Source: Candidatus Doudnabacteria bacterium RIFCSPHIGHO2_01_FULL_46_24 (lineage in GTDB: Bacteria; Patescibacteriota; Doudnabacteria; UBA920; O2-02-FULL-48-8). From it: a stretch of 64,000 nucleotides of DNA. Location: positions 84,661 through 148,660 of the forward strand of contig MFEL01000010.1 of the NCBI GenBank assembly GCA_001777575.1, written 5' to 3'. Both the position numbers and the translations under genes were made by a program. Positions 19,591 through 28,476 of this stretch are shown here, in pieces. How positions within the stretch are numbered: position 1 is the stretch's first letter; every line of letters starts with the position of its first letter. A model generated the notes under the pieces. It saw only the letters and a list, made by a program, of their open reading frames with translations, made no database searches and was not told the DNA's origin.

Positions 19591-19986
19591 TTATAACCGC
19601 CCACCCTTGTACCATAGATTCCTTCGTTCCAGCCGGTTCTGTCTTTCCGTTCGCTTTTGTTGAAAAATTCTTTCTAACTCTAATAGCTTTTGTTCGGCGG
19701 CTCTAAATCCCTTGCCAGCCCGCTCCAGAATGTTGCTGACCGTGGAAATGGTTCGTTCGGTTACCTTAAGATGATTCATGATTGATTGATAAGTCTCACC
19801 AGCCAATAGCCGATGGACAATTTCCAGTCGTTTGGCAAACATCTTGTATTCTGTATGCGTAAACAAATCCTTAAACAGTAGTTTTATTTCTTCTTTGTCT
19901 CTGATCATGGCAAAAATTGACCAGAGGTTACTGACATAATTACCCATGAGCTCGGGGTCAACAGGCCTTCTCGAAATTTTTGTCAT
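19591..19986 (-). CDS. TrpR/YerC-YecD-like HTH protein (cassette 2)
   Basis: MTKISRR...LFKDLFTHTEYKMFAKRLEIVHRLLAGETYQSI...LKVTERTISTV...GKGF. Confidence 0.85.
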   Translation of the reverse strand: MTKISRRPVDPELMGNYVSNLWSIFAMIRDKEEIKLLFKDLFTHTEYKMFAKRLEIVHRLLAGETYQSIMNHLKVTERTISTVSNILERAGKGFRAAEQKLLELERIFQQKRTERQNRLERRNLWYKGGRL

Positions 19987-20015
19987 AGCGGTGTTGTTTA
20001 ATGACTTCGCAAGTA

Positions 20016-20043
20016 TACTTGCATACGGGACAGTATGCAAGTA
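20016..20043. repeat. 28-bp palindromic site, cassette 2, upstream copy
   Basis: tacttgcatac-gggaca-gtatgcaagta with perfect arms; an extra half-site gcaagta lies at 20009-20015. Confidence 0.9.
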
Positions 20044-20078
20044 TTATTATTTCTCACCGGAAAACTATTCTAAGCTGG

Positions 20079-21491
20079 TTAGTAATCGACTTTAGGTTTC
20101 TTGCCAAGCAAAATCAAAAGCGTCTTGAAAATGATATATAAATCCAGCCAGAGGGACCAATTTTCGAGGTAAAACGTGTCCAGGCGGATTTCGTCCTCGA
20201 AGGACAGCTCAGGCTTCTGGACTTGGGTAATTTGAGTAAGACCGGTGGCCCCCGGCTTGATGGTAAAAATTTTCTTGTGCATGTCTTGAAATTTCACAAC
20301 CTCCTTGACCATATGCACCCGCGGCCCCACCAGGCTCATCTGCCCGCGTAGAATATGCCAAAGCTGGGGCATCTCATCGAGTTTGGTTCGCCGCAAGAAC
20401 CGCCCCAGCGGCATGACTCTGGGGTCATTTTTGATTTTTACAAACGGCCCCGGCCTCGCATTTTGCTTTTCCAACTCTTCCCGCAGTTTATCGCCCTGTG
20501 CCGTTCCTTCGCTCATCTCATAATACATGGTCCGGAATTTGTAGCATTCAAACGACGCCAAGCCCGCAGCGCGCGGCTGATGAAAAAACACAGGCCCCCT
20601 GGAAGTCAATTTGAGGGCAACGGCAATAAGGAAAAAAAACGGACTGAGCATGATTAGCGCCAAACTCGAAATCAAAACATCCAGCACCCGCTTCATAAAC
20701 TTGCCCCAACCCTCAAGCGGCGTGCCCTTCAAAATGATCACAGGCGTCCCCGAAATGGTTTCCATCTGGATATTCACCCGGGATGTTTCAAACACGTTTG
20801 GCACGAAATTGAACAGAATGCCGTAGTCGCGGCAAAATGCGAGCAATCGTTCGTTAACCTCCGACGGATACTTCGGATTAGCCACCATGATTTCGTCTAT
20901 GCCGCTGTTTTTGCGAATTTGTTCCAGTTCTTCCAAAAGTTTGTTTAGGTCAGTCAGTTTAAGCAGGGCCACAATTTTATAGCCCAGCTCCGGCCGTTTT
21001 TCGATCTCGTTAACCAACCCGTTGCCTGACTCGTCGTTAACCACCGCCAGCCGGTGCAGGCCAATCCCCTGCTTGAGCATGGCAATCTGCGTGCGGCGAA
21101 GTATAATCCGGCCGAGGCTGACTAAAACAATGGCCAAGCCCCAGGTCATCAAAATAATTAAGCGGGAGGGAAAAACCGTCTGGTTAAAAAAGAACAAGAT
21201 CACGACGCCGAGTAAACCAGAAGATACGGCCAGAAACACGCGGGAAAACTCAGAGACAAACCGGCGCGTGCCTTTGAGGTTATATAGCCCGGCCAAAGCC
21301 AGAAGCAAAACGACAATCGGGCTTATGAGGAACAAAATCTCCAAATAACCGGACAGGGACAAGCTGTAGATGATTGGACGGAATTCCGTCAGGCGGAGGC
21401 GGAAATAAAAAGCGCCGACTCCAGCCAGCATGATCATGACGAAATCAACGGCAATGGATATAAGGTTGAAGAAAAATTCCGAGCGTTTCAT
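20079..21491 (-). CDS. Polyprenyl-phosphate sugar phosphotransferase (WcaJ/WbaP/CpsE-like)
   Basis: N-terminal TM helices, KRVLD, KFRTM, DEMPQL, MSLVGPR, KPGATG. Confidence 0.93.
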   Translation of the reverse strand: MKRSEFFFNLISIAVDFVMIMLAGVGAFYFRLRLTEFRPIIYSLSLSGYLEILFLISPIVVLLLALAGLYNLKGTRRFVSEFSRVFLAVSSGLLGVVILFFFNQTVFPSRLIILMTWGLAIVLVSLGRIILRRTQIAMLKQGIGLHRLAVVNDESGNGLVNEIEKRPELGYKIVALLKLTDLNKLLEELEQIRKNSGIDEIMVANPKYPSEVNERLLAFCRDYGILFNFVPNVFETSRVNIQMETISGTPVIILKGTPLEGWGKFMKRVLDVLISSLALIMLSPFFFLIAVALKLTSRGPVFFHQPRAAGLASFECYKFRTMYYEMSEGTAQGDKLREELEKQNARPGPFVKIKNDPRVMPLGRFLRRTKLDEMPQLWHILRGQMSLVGPRVHMVKEVVKFQDMHKKIFTIKPGATGLTQITQVQKPELSFEDEIRLDTFYLENWSLWLDLYIIFKTLLILLGKKPKVDY

Positions 21492-21506
21492 CCGCTAAAG
21501 TATAAC

Positions 21507-21537
21507 AAAAAAGCCTCCTTTTTTGAAGGAGGCTTTC
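21507..21537 (-). terminator. Intrinsic terminator of the RRM gene
   Basis: aaagcctcctt...aaggaggcttt with a T-tract on the minus strand. Confidence 0.8.
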
Positions 21538-21555
21538 TGAAGATACAAGCTAACT

Positions 21556-21840
21556 TTACCGGTCTCTAAAACCGCCGCCACGAGGGCCTTCGGTCTTAGG
21601 CCGAGCTTCATTCACGACGAGTTTGCGGCCGCCCATGTCTGAGCCGTTGAACATCTCGATCGCCTTGTCGGCTTCGTCATCGCTGGACATTTCGACGAAT
21701 CCAAAACCTTTGGATCGGCCGGAAAATTTGTCAGAGATGACCTGAGCGGATGCAACGTTGCCGGCAGCAGAAAAATGCTGCTTCAAATCGTCGCTTGTGG
21801 AGGCAAAAGGAATGCCCCCGACAAACAATTTCTTAGCCAT
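21556..21840 (-). CDS. RRM RNA-binding protein (RbpA/B-like)
   Basis: KLFVGG (RNP2), SKGFGFVEM (RNP1), VVNEARP. Confidence 0.95.
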   Translation of the reverse strand: MAKKLFVGGIPFASTSDDLKQHFSAAGNVASAQVISDKFSGRSKGFGFVEMSSDDEADKAIEMFNGSDMGGRKLVVNEARPKTEGPRGGGFRDR

Positions 21841-21936
21841 TGTTCGCTTTCAAAACAAAGGGAAACTCACTAATTATTGAAACTAGGAACCCTTTGCGAC
21901 TTAATGAACTTCCCTTCGACTGAAAGGATCGTGATA

Positions 21937-21978
21937 ATTATATAGCATCTTGACTTTCCCGTCAAGGCAGAGTATGAT
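21937..21978. promoter_or_regulatory. Overlapping divergent sigma70 promoters (rnpB and RRM gene)
   Basis: + strand TTGACT(21950)-N17-TATGAT; - strand TTGACG(21965)-N17-TATAAT. Confidence 0.75.
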
Positions 21979-21984
21979 TATTTG

Positions 21985-22365
21985 GCTCTTTAAGTAAGCG
22001 AGCAGTCGCCCAGCCCCAGTTTGCAAAAACTGGAGCTGGGAGGAAAGTCCGAACACGTTTGTTGGATTGAGTCTCATGAGTTAATTCAGCATCAGGTAGC
22101 GGGTAACGCCCGCCAAAGGGTAACCTTAGAGTTGCGAACAGAAACGACCCGGTTAAGTCCGGCTGAAACGCGCTAAATACTTACCTGACAGTGCAATGTC
22201 GAATAGGTCCTGTACCGGAGCGAAAGCGACTGGTACCAGGGCGGGTAGACAGCTTGAGCCTAACAGCAATGTTAGGCCTTAGATAGATGATTGCTTCCCC
22301 AGCTCCAGTTTGCAAAAACTGGAGCTGGGTCAGACAGAATTCGGCTTACAGCTTGCTTAAAGAGC
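21985..22365 (+). ncRNA. rnpB: RNase P RNA
   Basis: GAGGAAAGTCCG, AGTGCAA, AGATAGATGATTGC, ACAGAATTCGGCTTA conserved regions; P1 pairing gctctttaagtaagc / gcttgcttaaagagc. Confidence 0.95.
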
Positions 22366-22369
22366 ATAT

Positions 22370-22395
22370 AAAAATCGCCATTCTTGGCGATTTTT
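22370..22395. terminator. Bidirectional terminator between rnpB and rpsI
   Basis: aaaaatcgcca-ttct-tggcgattttt. Confidence 0.85.
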
Positions 22396-22412
22396 GTTCC
22401 AGTAGCGGATCT

Positions 22413-22934
22413 TTAACGCTTGGAAAACTGCGGAGCGCGGCGGGCTCTCTTCAAACCCGGCTTCTTTCGTTCTTTTACGCGCGGGTCGCGGGTCAGAAAG
22501 CCATGCTTTTTAAGGAGCCGGCGACTTTCCGGGTTCATGGCAATGATGGCGCGGGCAATGGCGTGGCGCATGCTTTCCGCTTGCGCGTGTATGCCGCCGC
22601 CATGGATCTTGCTTCGGACATTGATACTTTTAAGAATGCCTACCGCATTGAGGGGCTGCTGGACAATAACGCGCAGATCCTCAGTGGCAAAATATTTCTC
22701 AAAGGGCAGTTCATTGACGGTAATCGTGCCGTTGCCGCCTGACAGCAAAACTTGCGTGACCGCGGTCTTGCGGCGGCCGACTGCGTGAAAATGTTTGCCT
22801 GGAGCGATTTTGGGTACATGGGGCTTAGCTTCCTCAACAGCGATCGGCTGAACTGCGGTTTGAATTTGTAGCTTGGCCGCGACTCTCTTGCGGACAACTG
22901 GTTTTTTGTGCGCTGGTTTTTTAGCTATTGTCAT
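22413..22934 (-). CDS. rpsI: 30S ribosomal protein S9 (N-terminal extension)
   Basis: GRRKTA, GGG, RDPRVKERKKPG, QFSKR. Confidence 0.98.
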   Translation of the reverse strand: MTIAKKPAHKKPVVRKRVAAKLQIQTAVQPIAVEEAKPHVPKIAPGKHFHAVGRRKTAVTQVLLSGGNGTITVNELPFEKYFATEDLRVIVQQPLNAVGILKSINVRSKIHGGGIHAQAESMRHAIARAIIAMNPESRRLLKKHGFLTRDPRVKERKKPGLKRARRAPQFSKR

Positions 22935-23350
22935 ACTATTTCCTTTTGCACAGGATAATCATGCTTGTCCGACGCCACGACCTTCAGTCTTCGAAGAATG
23001 TCCTTGCGAAGACGGTTAGAATCAACCATGTTAAACACCGCGTCGCGGATGACCTTTTCCGGCTCAGACTTCATCCGGTCGGAAAGCTTCTTGGAATACA
23101 ACCCGCCCGGATATCCTGAAAAGCGGTGGTAGCGCTTCTGCTCAAGTTTGCGACCGGTAAACTTGATAAGACTTGCGTTTTTCACCACCACGAAATCGCC
23201 GACATCCATGTGGGGGGTGAAGGTGGTTTTATGCTTGCCGCGCAAAACCGAAGCGACTTTAGAAGCCAGCCTGCCCAAAGTAAACTTGCTGGCATCAGCT
23301 TCATACCAGATTCTCTGAATCTCTGAAGTTTTCGGCAAAAATGTTTTCAT
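22931..23350 (-). CDS. rplM: 50S ribosomal protein L13
   Basis: LGRLAS, GKHK..FTPHMDVGD, SGYPGG. Confidence 0.98.
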   Translation of the reverse strand: MKTFLPKTSEIQRIWYEADASKFTLGRLASKVASVLRGKHKTTFTPHMDVGDFVVVKNASLIKFTGRKLEQKRYHRFSGYPGGLYSKKLSDRMKSEPEKVIRDAVFNMVDSNRLRKDILRRLKVVASDKHDYPVQKEIV

Positions 23351-23377
23351 AACGTTATGATCTTAGAACTCAGAACT

Positions 23378-23719
23378 TTAAACTAACTCAAGTTGGACTT
23401 TCGGCATGCCGTCTTTATACTTGCCGATTCTGACAATACGCGTATACCCGCCCGGCCGCGTCTTGTATCGCGGACCCAAAACTTCAATAACTTTGCGGGC
23501 GGCATTGTGAGGCAGGGCGGCAAAAATCTGCCGCTTATTGTGCAAATCATCTTTTTTGCCCTTACTAATCAGTTTTTCTACGACTACACGGGCAATTTTG
23601 GCCCGGGCTTCAGTGGTCTGGATTTTTTCGTAAACCACGGTTGAAGCCGCCAAACTTCGCAGGAGCTTGCGCTTCTGATCCCGCCCCTTGCCGATTTTCT
23701 TCTTCTTGAGGTGCCTCAT
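23378..23719 (-). CDS. rplQ: 50S ribosomal protein L17
   Basis: MRH, TTEARAK, RPGGYTRI. Confidence 0.97.
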   Translation of the reverse strand: MRHLKKKKIGKGRDQKRKLLRSLAASTVVYEKIQTTEARAKIARVVVEKLISKGKKDDLHNKRQIFAALPHNAARKVIEVLGPRYKTRPGGYTRIVRIGKYKDGMPKVQLELV

Positions 23720-23750
23720 GTTGCGTGATACGTGTTATGTGATATGTGAC

Positions 23751-24683
23751 CTATTTGCCGGCGTACGCCGCCAGCAATCTCTCTATCTCTTCTACCGACT
23801 TTTCCCCCAAGCCCTCCATATTGATCAAATCCTCGTGGGACAAAGCCTGAAGCTGGGAAATTCTGACAATGTTGTTCTTGGCCAAGGCATTGAAAGAGCG
23901 GTTGGACAAACCAAGCGATTTCAAGTCGTCCTCTTCCGGGGTTTTGATTCCTTCTTCTTTGGGTAATTCCAATTCCATAGCTTCTTCCTCGCGGGACAAA
24001 TTTTCCCCGCCCAACAGCGAAAAATGATCAAGCAAAACTCGACTGGCCTGGTCGAGCGCGTCCTTACCGGTAATAGTGCCATCGGTTTCGACCGTCATGA
24101 CCAGTTCATCGTAGTTGGTGATTTGACCCACGCGAACGTGTTTGATTTCGAAATTGACGTTTCTGATCGGAGTGTAAATGGCATCCACGGCGATCATACC
24201 GATTTCCAGTTTTTCGTTTTCCCGCTGTTCGACCGGCACGTATCCGCGTCCGGTGTTGACGATGACTTCCATTTCGAACTCAGCCAATTTGTTGTCCAAG
24301 GTCGCCAAATGCAACTCGGGGTTAACGATCTCCACGTCGCTGTTTTTCTTAAAATCAGCGGCCTTCACTTCTTTTTCACCCTTAACCTTTAGCTCGAGCC
24401 TAACAGGCTCATTTGCATGAACCTTCATGCGCAGCTGTTTGAGATTGAGGATGATCTCAATTACATCTTCCTTGACATTGGGAATAGTGGAAAATTCATG
24501 GTCAACCCCTTTGATCTTGACTGCGGTGGCAGCGGCCCCGGGCAGAGATGAAAGCAGGATTCGGCGCAATGCGTTGCCCAGCGTCATGCCGAAACCAGGA
24601 TACAACGGCTCCATGATTAACTGGTAATGGTTGCGCCCCTGTTCTTGAAACGAAACCTTGTTTGGCAGCGGTATTTTTTCCAT
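23751..24683 (-). CDS. rpoA: RNA polymerase alpha subunit
   Basis: GMTLGNALRRILLSS, HEFSTI, alpha-CTD LSNRSFNAL...GLGEKS. Confidence 0.99.
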   Translation of the reverse strand: MEKIPLPNKVSFQEQGRNHYQLIMEPLYPGFGMTLGNALRRILLSSLPGAAATAVKIKGVDHEFSTIPNVKEDVIEIILNLKQLRMKVHANEPVRLELKVKGEKEVKAADFKKNSDVEIVNPELHLATLDNKLAEFEMEVIVNTGRGYVPVEQRENEKLEIGMIAVDAIYTPIRNVNFEIKHVRVGQITNYDELVMTVETDGTITGKDALDQASRVLLDHFSLLGGENLSREEEAMELELPKEEGIKTPEEDDLKSLGLSNRSFNALAKNNIVRISQLQALSHEDLINMEGLGEKSVEEIERLLAAYAGK

Positions 24684-24699
24684 AAGATTAAAAAATTAA

Positions 24700-25308
24700 T
24701 TATCTTGAATAATGTTCGACTATAAGCTGGGTATTGATGAGGTTTTCCATCTGCTCTCGGCTGGGATTGGACAAAACCTTGCCGGAAAAATTCTTGGTGT
24801 CAAGGGACAACCACTCGACGACTTTGGCGTTTACTAAAACCGGAGTCAAAATTTTTAAGTACTGCGAATTTTGCTTATTTTCGGCAATGGAGATCTCATC
24901 ACCAACCTTGAGCGCAAGAGACGGAATGTTGACCTTTTTGCCGTTGACTTTGAAAAATCCGTGATTGACCAGCTGCCGCGCTTGCGGCCTGGTCTGGGCA
25001 AAGCCCAGACGGTAAACCACATTGTCCAGCCGGGTTTCGAGCATCTGAAGCAGGGCATCGCCCGTCACCCCGACTTTTTTGCTGGCTTTCTCATAATAGC
25101 GGCGGAATTGGCGCTCCATAATGCCATAAATCGCTTTGGCTTTTTGCTTTTCGCGAAGCTGGAGGCCGAATTCAGAAATCCGCTGCGGATTCTGGCCGTG
25201 CATGCCGGGGCGATAGTTCCTTTTGGCCAAATATTTATCGGCTTTCGGCGTCAAGGCGGCGCCGAATTTTCTGGAAAGCTTGATTTTGGGTCCTGTATAT
25301 CTAGCCAT
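24700..25308 (-). CDS. rpsD: 30S ribosomal protein S4
   Basis: MARYTGP, LREKQK, RLDNVVYR, EHYSR. Confidence 0.99.
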   Translation of the reverse strand: MARYTGPKIKLSRKFGAALTPKADKYLAKRNYRPGMHGQNPQRISEFGLQLREKQKAKAIYGIMERQFRRYYEKASKKVGVTGDALLQMLETRLDNVVYRLGFAQTRPQARQLVNHGFFKVNGKKVNIPSLALKVGDEISIAENKQNSQYLKILTPVLVNAKVVEWLSLDTKNFSGKVLSNPSREQMENLINTQLIVEHYSR

Positions 25309-25351
25309 AACTAGTAATTAGTAAATAGTAAGCAGTAATTAGAATTAAAAA

Positions 25352-25801
25352 TTAAACCCTGCGGGCTTTTTTGGGTCGCACGCCGCCGTGTGGAATCGGC
25401 GTCTGATCCTTAATGCTTAAAATAGTCAAACCCGAGCCTTGCAAGGCCCGAACTGCGGATTCGCGGCCTGTGCCAATGCCTTTGACCATCACATCAACCT
25501 CCATAAGTCCCACATCCTTCAGCCGCGCGAGCGTATCTTCCATGGTTTTTTGTGCGGCGTAAGGGGTGGATTTTTTCGAACCCTTGAATCCCGTCTTGCC
25601 GCTTGATCCCCAACCGATGACATTGCCGTTTTGGTCTGTGACAGTCACGATTGTGTTGTTGTAAGTCGACTGGACATAAATGCGGCCGCGGGCCATGCGG
25701 ACCTTTTCTTTCTTTTTCTTCTTCGGAGCAATGTCAGCAACAGCATCCTGTTTAATGCTTAGATCATCTCCCTTAATTGTCGTGGCCTTCTGTTGTCCCA
25801 T
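25352..25801 (-). CDS. rpsK: 30S ribosomal protein S11
   Basis: STYNNTI, KSTPYAA, TPIPHGG. Confidence 0.98.
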   Translation of the reverse strand: MGQQKATTIKGDDLSIKQDAVADIAPKKKKKEKVRMARGRIYVQSTYNNTIVTVTDQNGNVIGWGSSGKTGFKGSKKSTPYAAQKTMEDTLARLKDVGLMEVDVMVKGIGTGRESAVRALQGSGLTILSIKDQTPIPHGGVRPKKARRV

Positions 25802-25809
25802 ATATATGA

Positions 25810-25918
25810 TGCTACTTTGCGAATCTTATGCCAATCTGGCGAATTGCCAATGTCTTAATCCTTAGGGTTTGGTTATTCGAAATTTGTAGATTGGCATTAT
25901 ATTTGTAGATTCGCATCG
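25810..25918. repeat. Imperfect inverted-repeat element between rpsM and rpsK
   Basis: gcgaatct/atgccaatct on the left, agattggcat/agattcgc on the right. Confidence 0.55.
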
Positions 25919-25919
25919 T

Positions 25920-26315
25920 CTATGTTTTTTCTGCTGACGCTCGGCGGCCTGACCCCGCGGTCTTTCGCACATTGCCGCGCCTTGTCCTGGAATTGGTCTT
26001 GGTACGCTGGCCTCGAACCGGCAGACCCTTGATGTGGCGCAACCCCTGCCAGCTCCCGATTTCTTTTTTCAGCTTAATGTTGCCGCTCACCTGCTGCCGA
26101 AGCGCGCCTTCCACCATATAATTCTTTTCAATGAATTCCCTAATCCGGGCAATTTCAGGCTCAGACAGTTCTTGAGTCCGTTTATTCGGGTCAACTTTGA
26201 CCGCAGCCAAGATGCGCCTGGATGCAGACCAGCCAACGCCGTATATGTACGGGAGCGAGGCTTCGATTCTTTTTTGCTGCGGGAGGGTTACTCCAGCGAT
26301 TCTGACTAATGCCAT
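25920..26315 (-). CDS. rpsM: 30S ribosomal protein S13
   Basis: RIAGV, IYGVG, GLPVRGQRTKTNSRTR. Confidence 0.98.
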   Translation of the reverse strand: MALVRIAGVTLPQQKRIEASLPYIYGVGWSASRRILAAVKVDPNKRTQELSEPEIARIREFIEKNYMVEGALRQQVSGNIKLKKEIGSWQGLRHIKGLPVRGQRTKTNSRTRRGNVRKTAGSGRRASAEKT

Positions 26316-26327
26316 AAGAATTAATTA

Positions 26328-26463
26328 ACAATTTGCATTTTTCAATTTGCAATTAATTTTCAATAAGCCAACTATCAAAGGCTTACGGGCCTAATCTTTG
26401 AATTTTACTTGAAAATTGATCATTGAGATTTATTTGTAAATTGAGAATTGAAACTTGAGAATT
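26328..26463. repeat. Inverted arrays of degenerate heptamers (tcaattt / aattgaa) between rpmJ and rpsM
   Basis: caatttgcatttttcaatttgcaattaattttcaat ... aaattgagaattgaaacttgagaatt. Confidence 0.6.
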
Positions 26464-26465
26464 AT

Positions 26466-26579
26466 CTAGCCTTGGCGCTGCTTATGCTTGGGATTGTCGC
26501 AGATAATAAAAACGCGTCCTTTTCTTCGGACTACTTTACACTTCTTGCAAAATGGCTTAACTGATGCGCGTACTTTCAT
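26466..26579 (-). CDS. rpmJ: 50S ribosomal protein L36 (Zn-ribbon form), absent from the ORF track
   Basis: Hand translation [37 protein letters not shown]. Confidence 0.97.
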   Translation of the reverse strand: MKVRASVKPFCKKCKVVRRKGRVFIICDNPKHKQRQG

Positions 26580-26597
26580 AACTTTATGAACTTTCAA

Positions 26598-26819
26598 CTA
26601 TCTTAAGCGTCTAGTCACGCGCCCGCGCGTCAGGTCATACGGCGTGACTTCCACGATCACCCTATCCCCCGGCAAAATTCGAATTTTATTAACTCGCAAT
26701 TTGCCTGCAATATGGGCCAAAATCACCTGCCCCGAGGCGATTTGCACGCGAAAACTAGCGCCAGGCAGAGTCTCTATGACCTTGCCCTCGAGCTCAATGA
26801 CATTCTTAGATTGTGGAAT
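26598..26819 (-). CDS. infA: Translation initiation factor IF-1, probable ATT start; absent from the ORF track
   Basis: (I)[24 protein letters not shown]...[39 protein letters not shown]. Confidence 0.95.
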   Translation of the reverse strand: MPQSKNVIELEGKVIETLPGASFRVQIASGQVILAHIAGKLRVNKIRILPGDRVIVEVTPYDLTRGRVTRRLR

Positions 26820-26906
26820 AGACTTCCCTAAGTCTTGTGGAGCAGTGATAGGCGTGTTTCTAATTGCTCGAAAATATTAGCAAATCCAAACATCCCTGTC
26901 AAACGG

Positions 26907-28457
26907 CTAGAACTGGGAAAGGACAGTTTCTATCTGTATCCGGCCATTGAAACGAGGGGCTTTGCGGACGAAAAATGGCGAAAATTTCACGTCCACGCGG
27001 TCTATTTCCGGCTTGGAGAGCAAAATCTCCTTGATTTCCGAAGCTTTTTTGCCGGATAAAATCCGGCTAAGATTGGTCTGGTCAATTTTGTAAGCCACGA
27101 GCGTCTCGAAATGGACAGCCAAAGTCCCTATTCCAACACCAAGATCCAGGGATTTGAATGAAGTTGTGAGTTTCTGTTCAGCGCCTTCCACCAAATATTT
27201 ATCTTCCGAAAGCAAGGAGTTGATCTGCTGGCTGATCAAGCCGGAGGCGTCGCTTTGCTTAAAAACCAGTCCGCTTATCCTGGCGATGACTGTGAAGTCA
27301 AAATTTTCCGCCGCGTCTCCCAAATTCTTGTTCGCGGTTTGAGCCAGAACCTCAACTTTTGCGCCGGAAGAAATAAAACTGTGGCCGGGTGTTTCAGCAT
27401 TCAGTTCGGTCTCGGCGGTTTTGATCAAGTCTTCAGTTGACTGAATTAGGGCCTTGTCCAAATCTTCCCGGGACAACGCCAACTGAGCCGAGGAGGTGCC
27501 GCCGGTTATCTCACCGGAGACAGCATAAACCTCTGGCCGGTTTCCCAATGCCGCGTTTTTGATCTCCAGCCGAGTTTGAGAGGACAAATTATAACGCTCC
27601 CCGCCCTCAGCTGCAACTATGGGCACTGGCTGGTTGGGATTGGAATTTTGGGAAGAAGGTTTGATATCAGTCACGTCTCTGGTGAAATGGTAATTTTTGC
27701 CGTCCACCGTAAATGTCGTGGTCGAAGCCAAAAGTTTTAAGGTATTGTTAGTGCCGTTGTAAATCACCACTTCTCCAGAAGCTTTCTCCCCAGCCACTCT
27801 CGTGCCGGTCACTGGATAATTTTTGGTTTGGGACAGCTCGCGCACAATAAGCTTGCCCGGAACAGTCAAAGTGTCTGGATTAAATTCGCTAGCACTTTTG
27901 TCCACGCGCAAATCAATGTCGCGGGAAATCGGCTCTGATCGGGCATACACCACCACATTGGCCTGAGGCAAGCCAATCAAAACCACGCCGACAATAATGG
28001 CCAGGGCCAGCAGACTGATAAGGCCCGTTTTGTAAACCTTTGCAAACCGGGGTTTAGGCAACCCTTTGGTCAAATATTTAGCCAAAGGAGAAGCATCAAC
28101 TTTGAGGACGGATTTCGGCAGGGTTCTTTTGGCCCGCAAATCTCCAACTCCGGTTCGTTTGGTTTGGCTAAACATCCTAGCTCGCGGCGCTATCCGCTTA
28201 ACATCCTCTTCGGTTTGGTCCAAAAGCACGCCGGCTTTGATGGCCAACAGTCTGCCCAATTCGTCATCAGTCGTCACCGAAACTTTCTTGCCCAAAGTTT
28301 CGCCCGTGCGCTTAATAAGTTTAAGGTTGGCCGAGCTCGACAACAGTAAAGAGCCTTTTTCCAATTCAAAGACCACCTCTTTGTCCTTGAGGTCTTTGAT
28401 GCGCCGGATGACTGAAACAATATCATCTTTTTTGCCGAGTTTGATAACCGTAGCCAT
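26907..28457 (-). CDS. Membrane-anchored protein with a baseplate-J-like extracellular region
   Basis: One TM helix, ASGEVVIYN, AAEGGERYNL and GGTS motifs; no phage context. Confidence 0.6.
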   Translation of the reverse strand: MATVIKLGKKDDIVSVIRRIKDLKDKEVVFELEKGSLLLSSSANLKLIKRTGETLGKKVSVTTDDELGRLLAIKAGVLLDQTEEDVKRIAPRARMFSQTKRTGVGDLRAKRTLPKSVLKVDASPLAKYLTKGLPKPRFAKVYKTGLISLLALAIIVGVVLIGLPQANVVVYARSEPISRDIDLRVDKSASEFNPDTLTVPGKLIVRELSQTKNYPVTGTRVAGEKASGEVVIYNGTNNTLKLLASTTTFTVDGKNYHFTRDVTDIKPSSQNSNPNQPVPIVAAEGGERYNLSSQTRLEIKNAALGNRPEVYAVSGEITGGTSSAQLALSREDLDKALIQSTEDLIKTAETELNAETPGHSFISSGAKVEVLAQTANKNLGDAAENFDFTVIARISGLVFKQSDASGLISQQINSLLSEDKYLVEGAEQKLTTSFKSLDLGVGIGTLAVHFETLVAYKIDQTNLSRILSGKKASEIKEILLSKPEIDRVDVKFSPFFVRKAPRFNGRIQIETVLSQF

Positions 28458-28476
28458 TCTTAAGCGTATTCTAGCA

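Noticed and set aside
22287-22742. 151-aa plus-strand ORF
   Set aside because: It overlaps the rnpB 3' end, a terminator and antisense rpsI.
26907-28457. Prophage suggested by the baseplate-J-like protein
   Set aside because: The protein is membrane-anchored, flanked by housekeeping genes, and no other phage genes or integrase are present.
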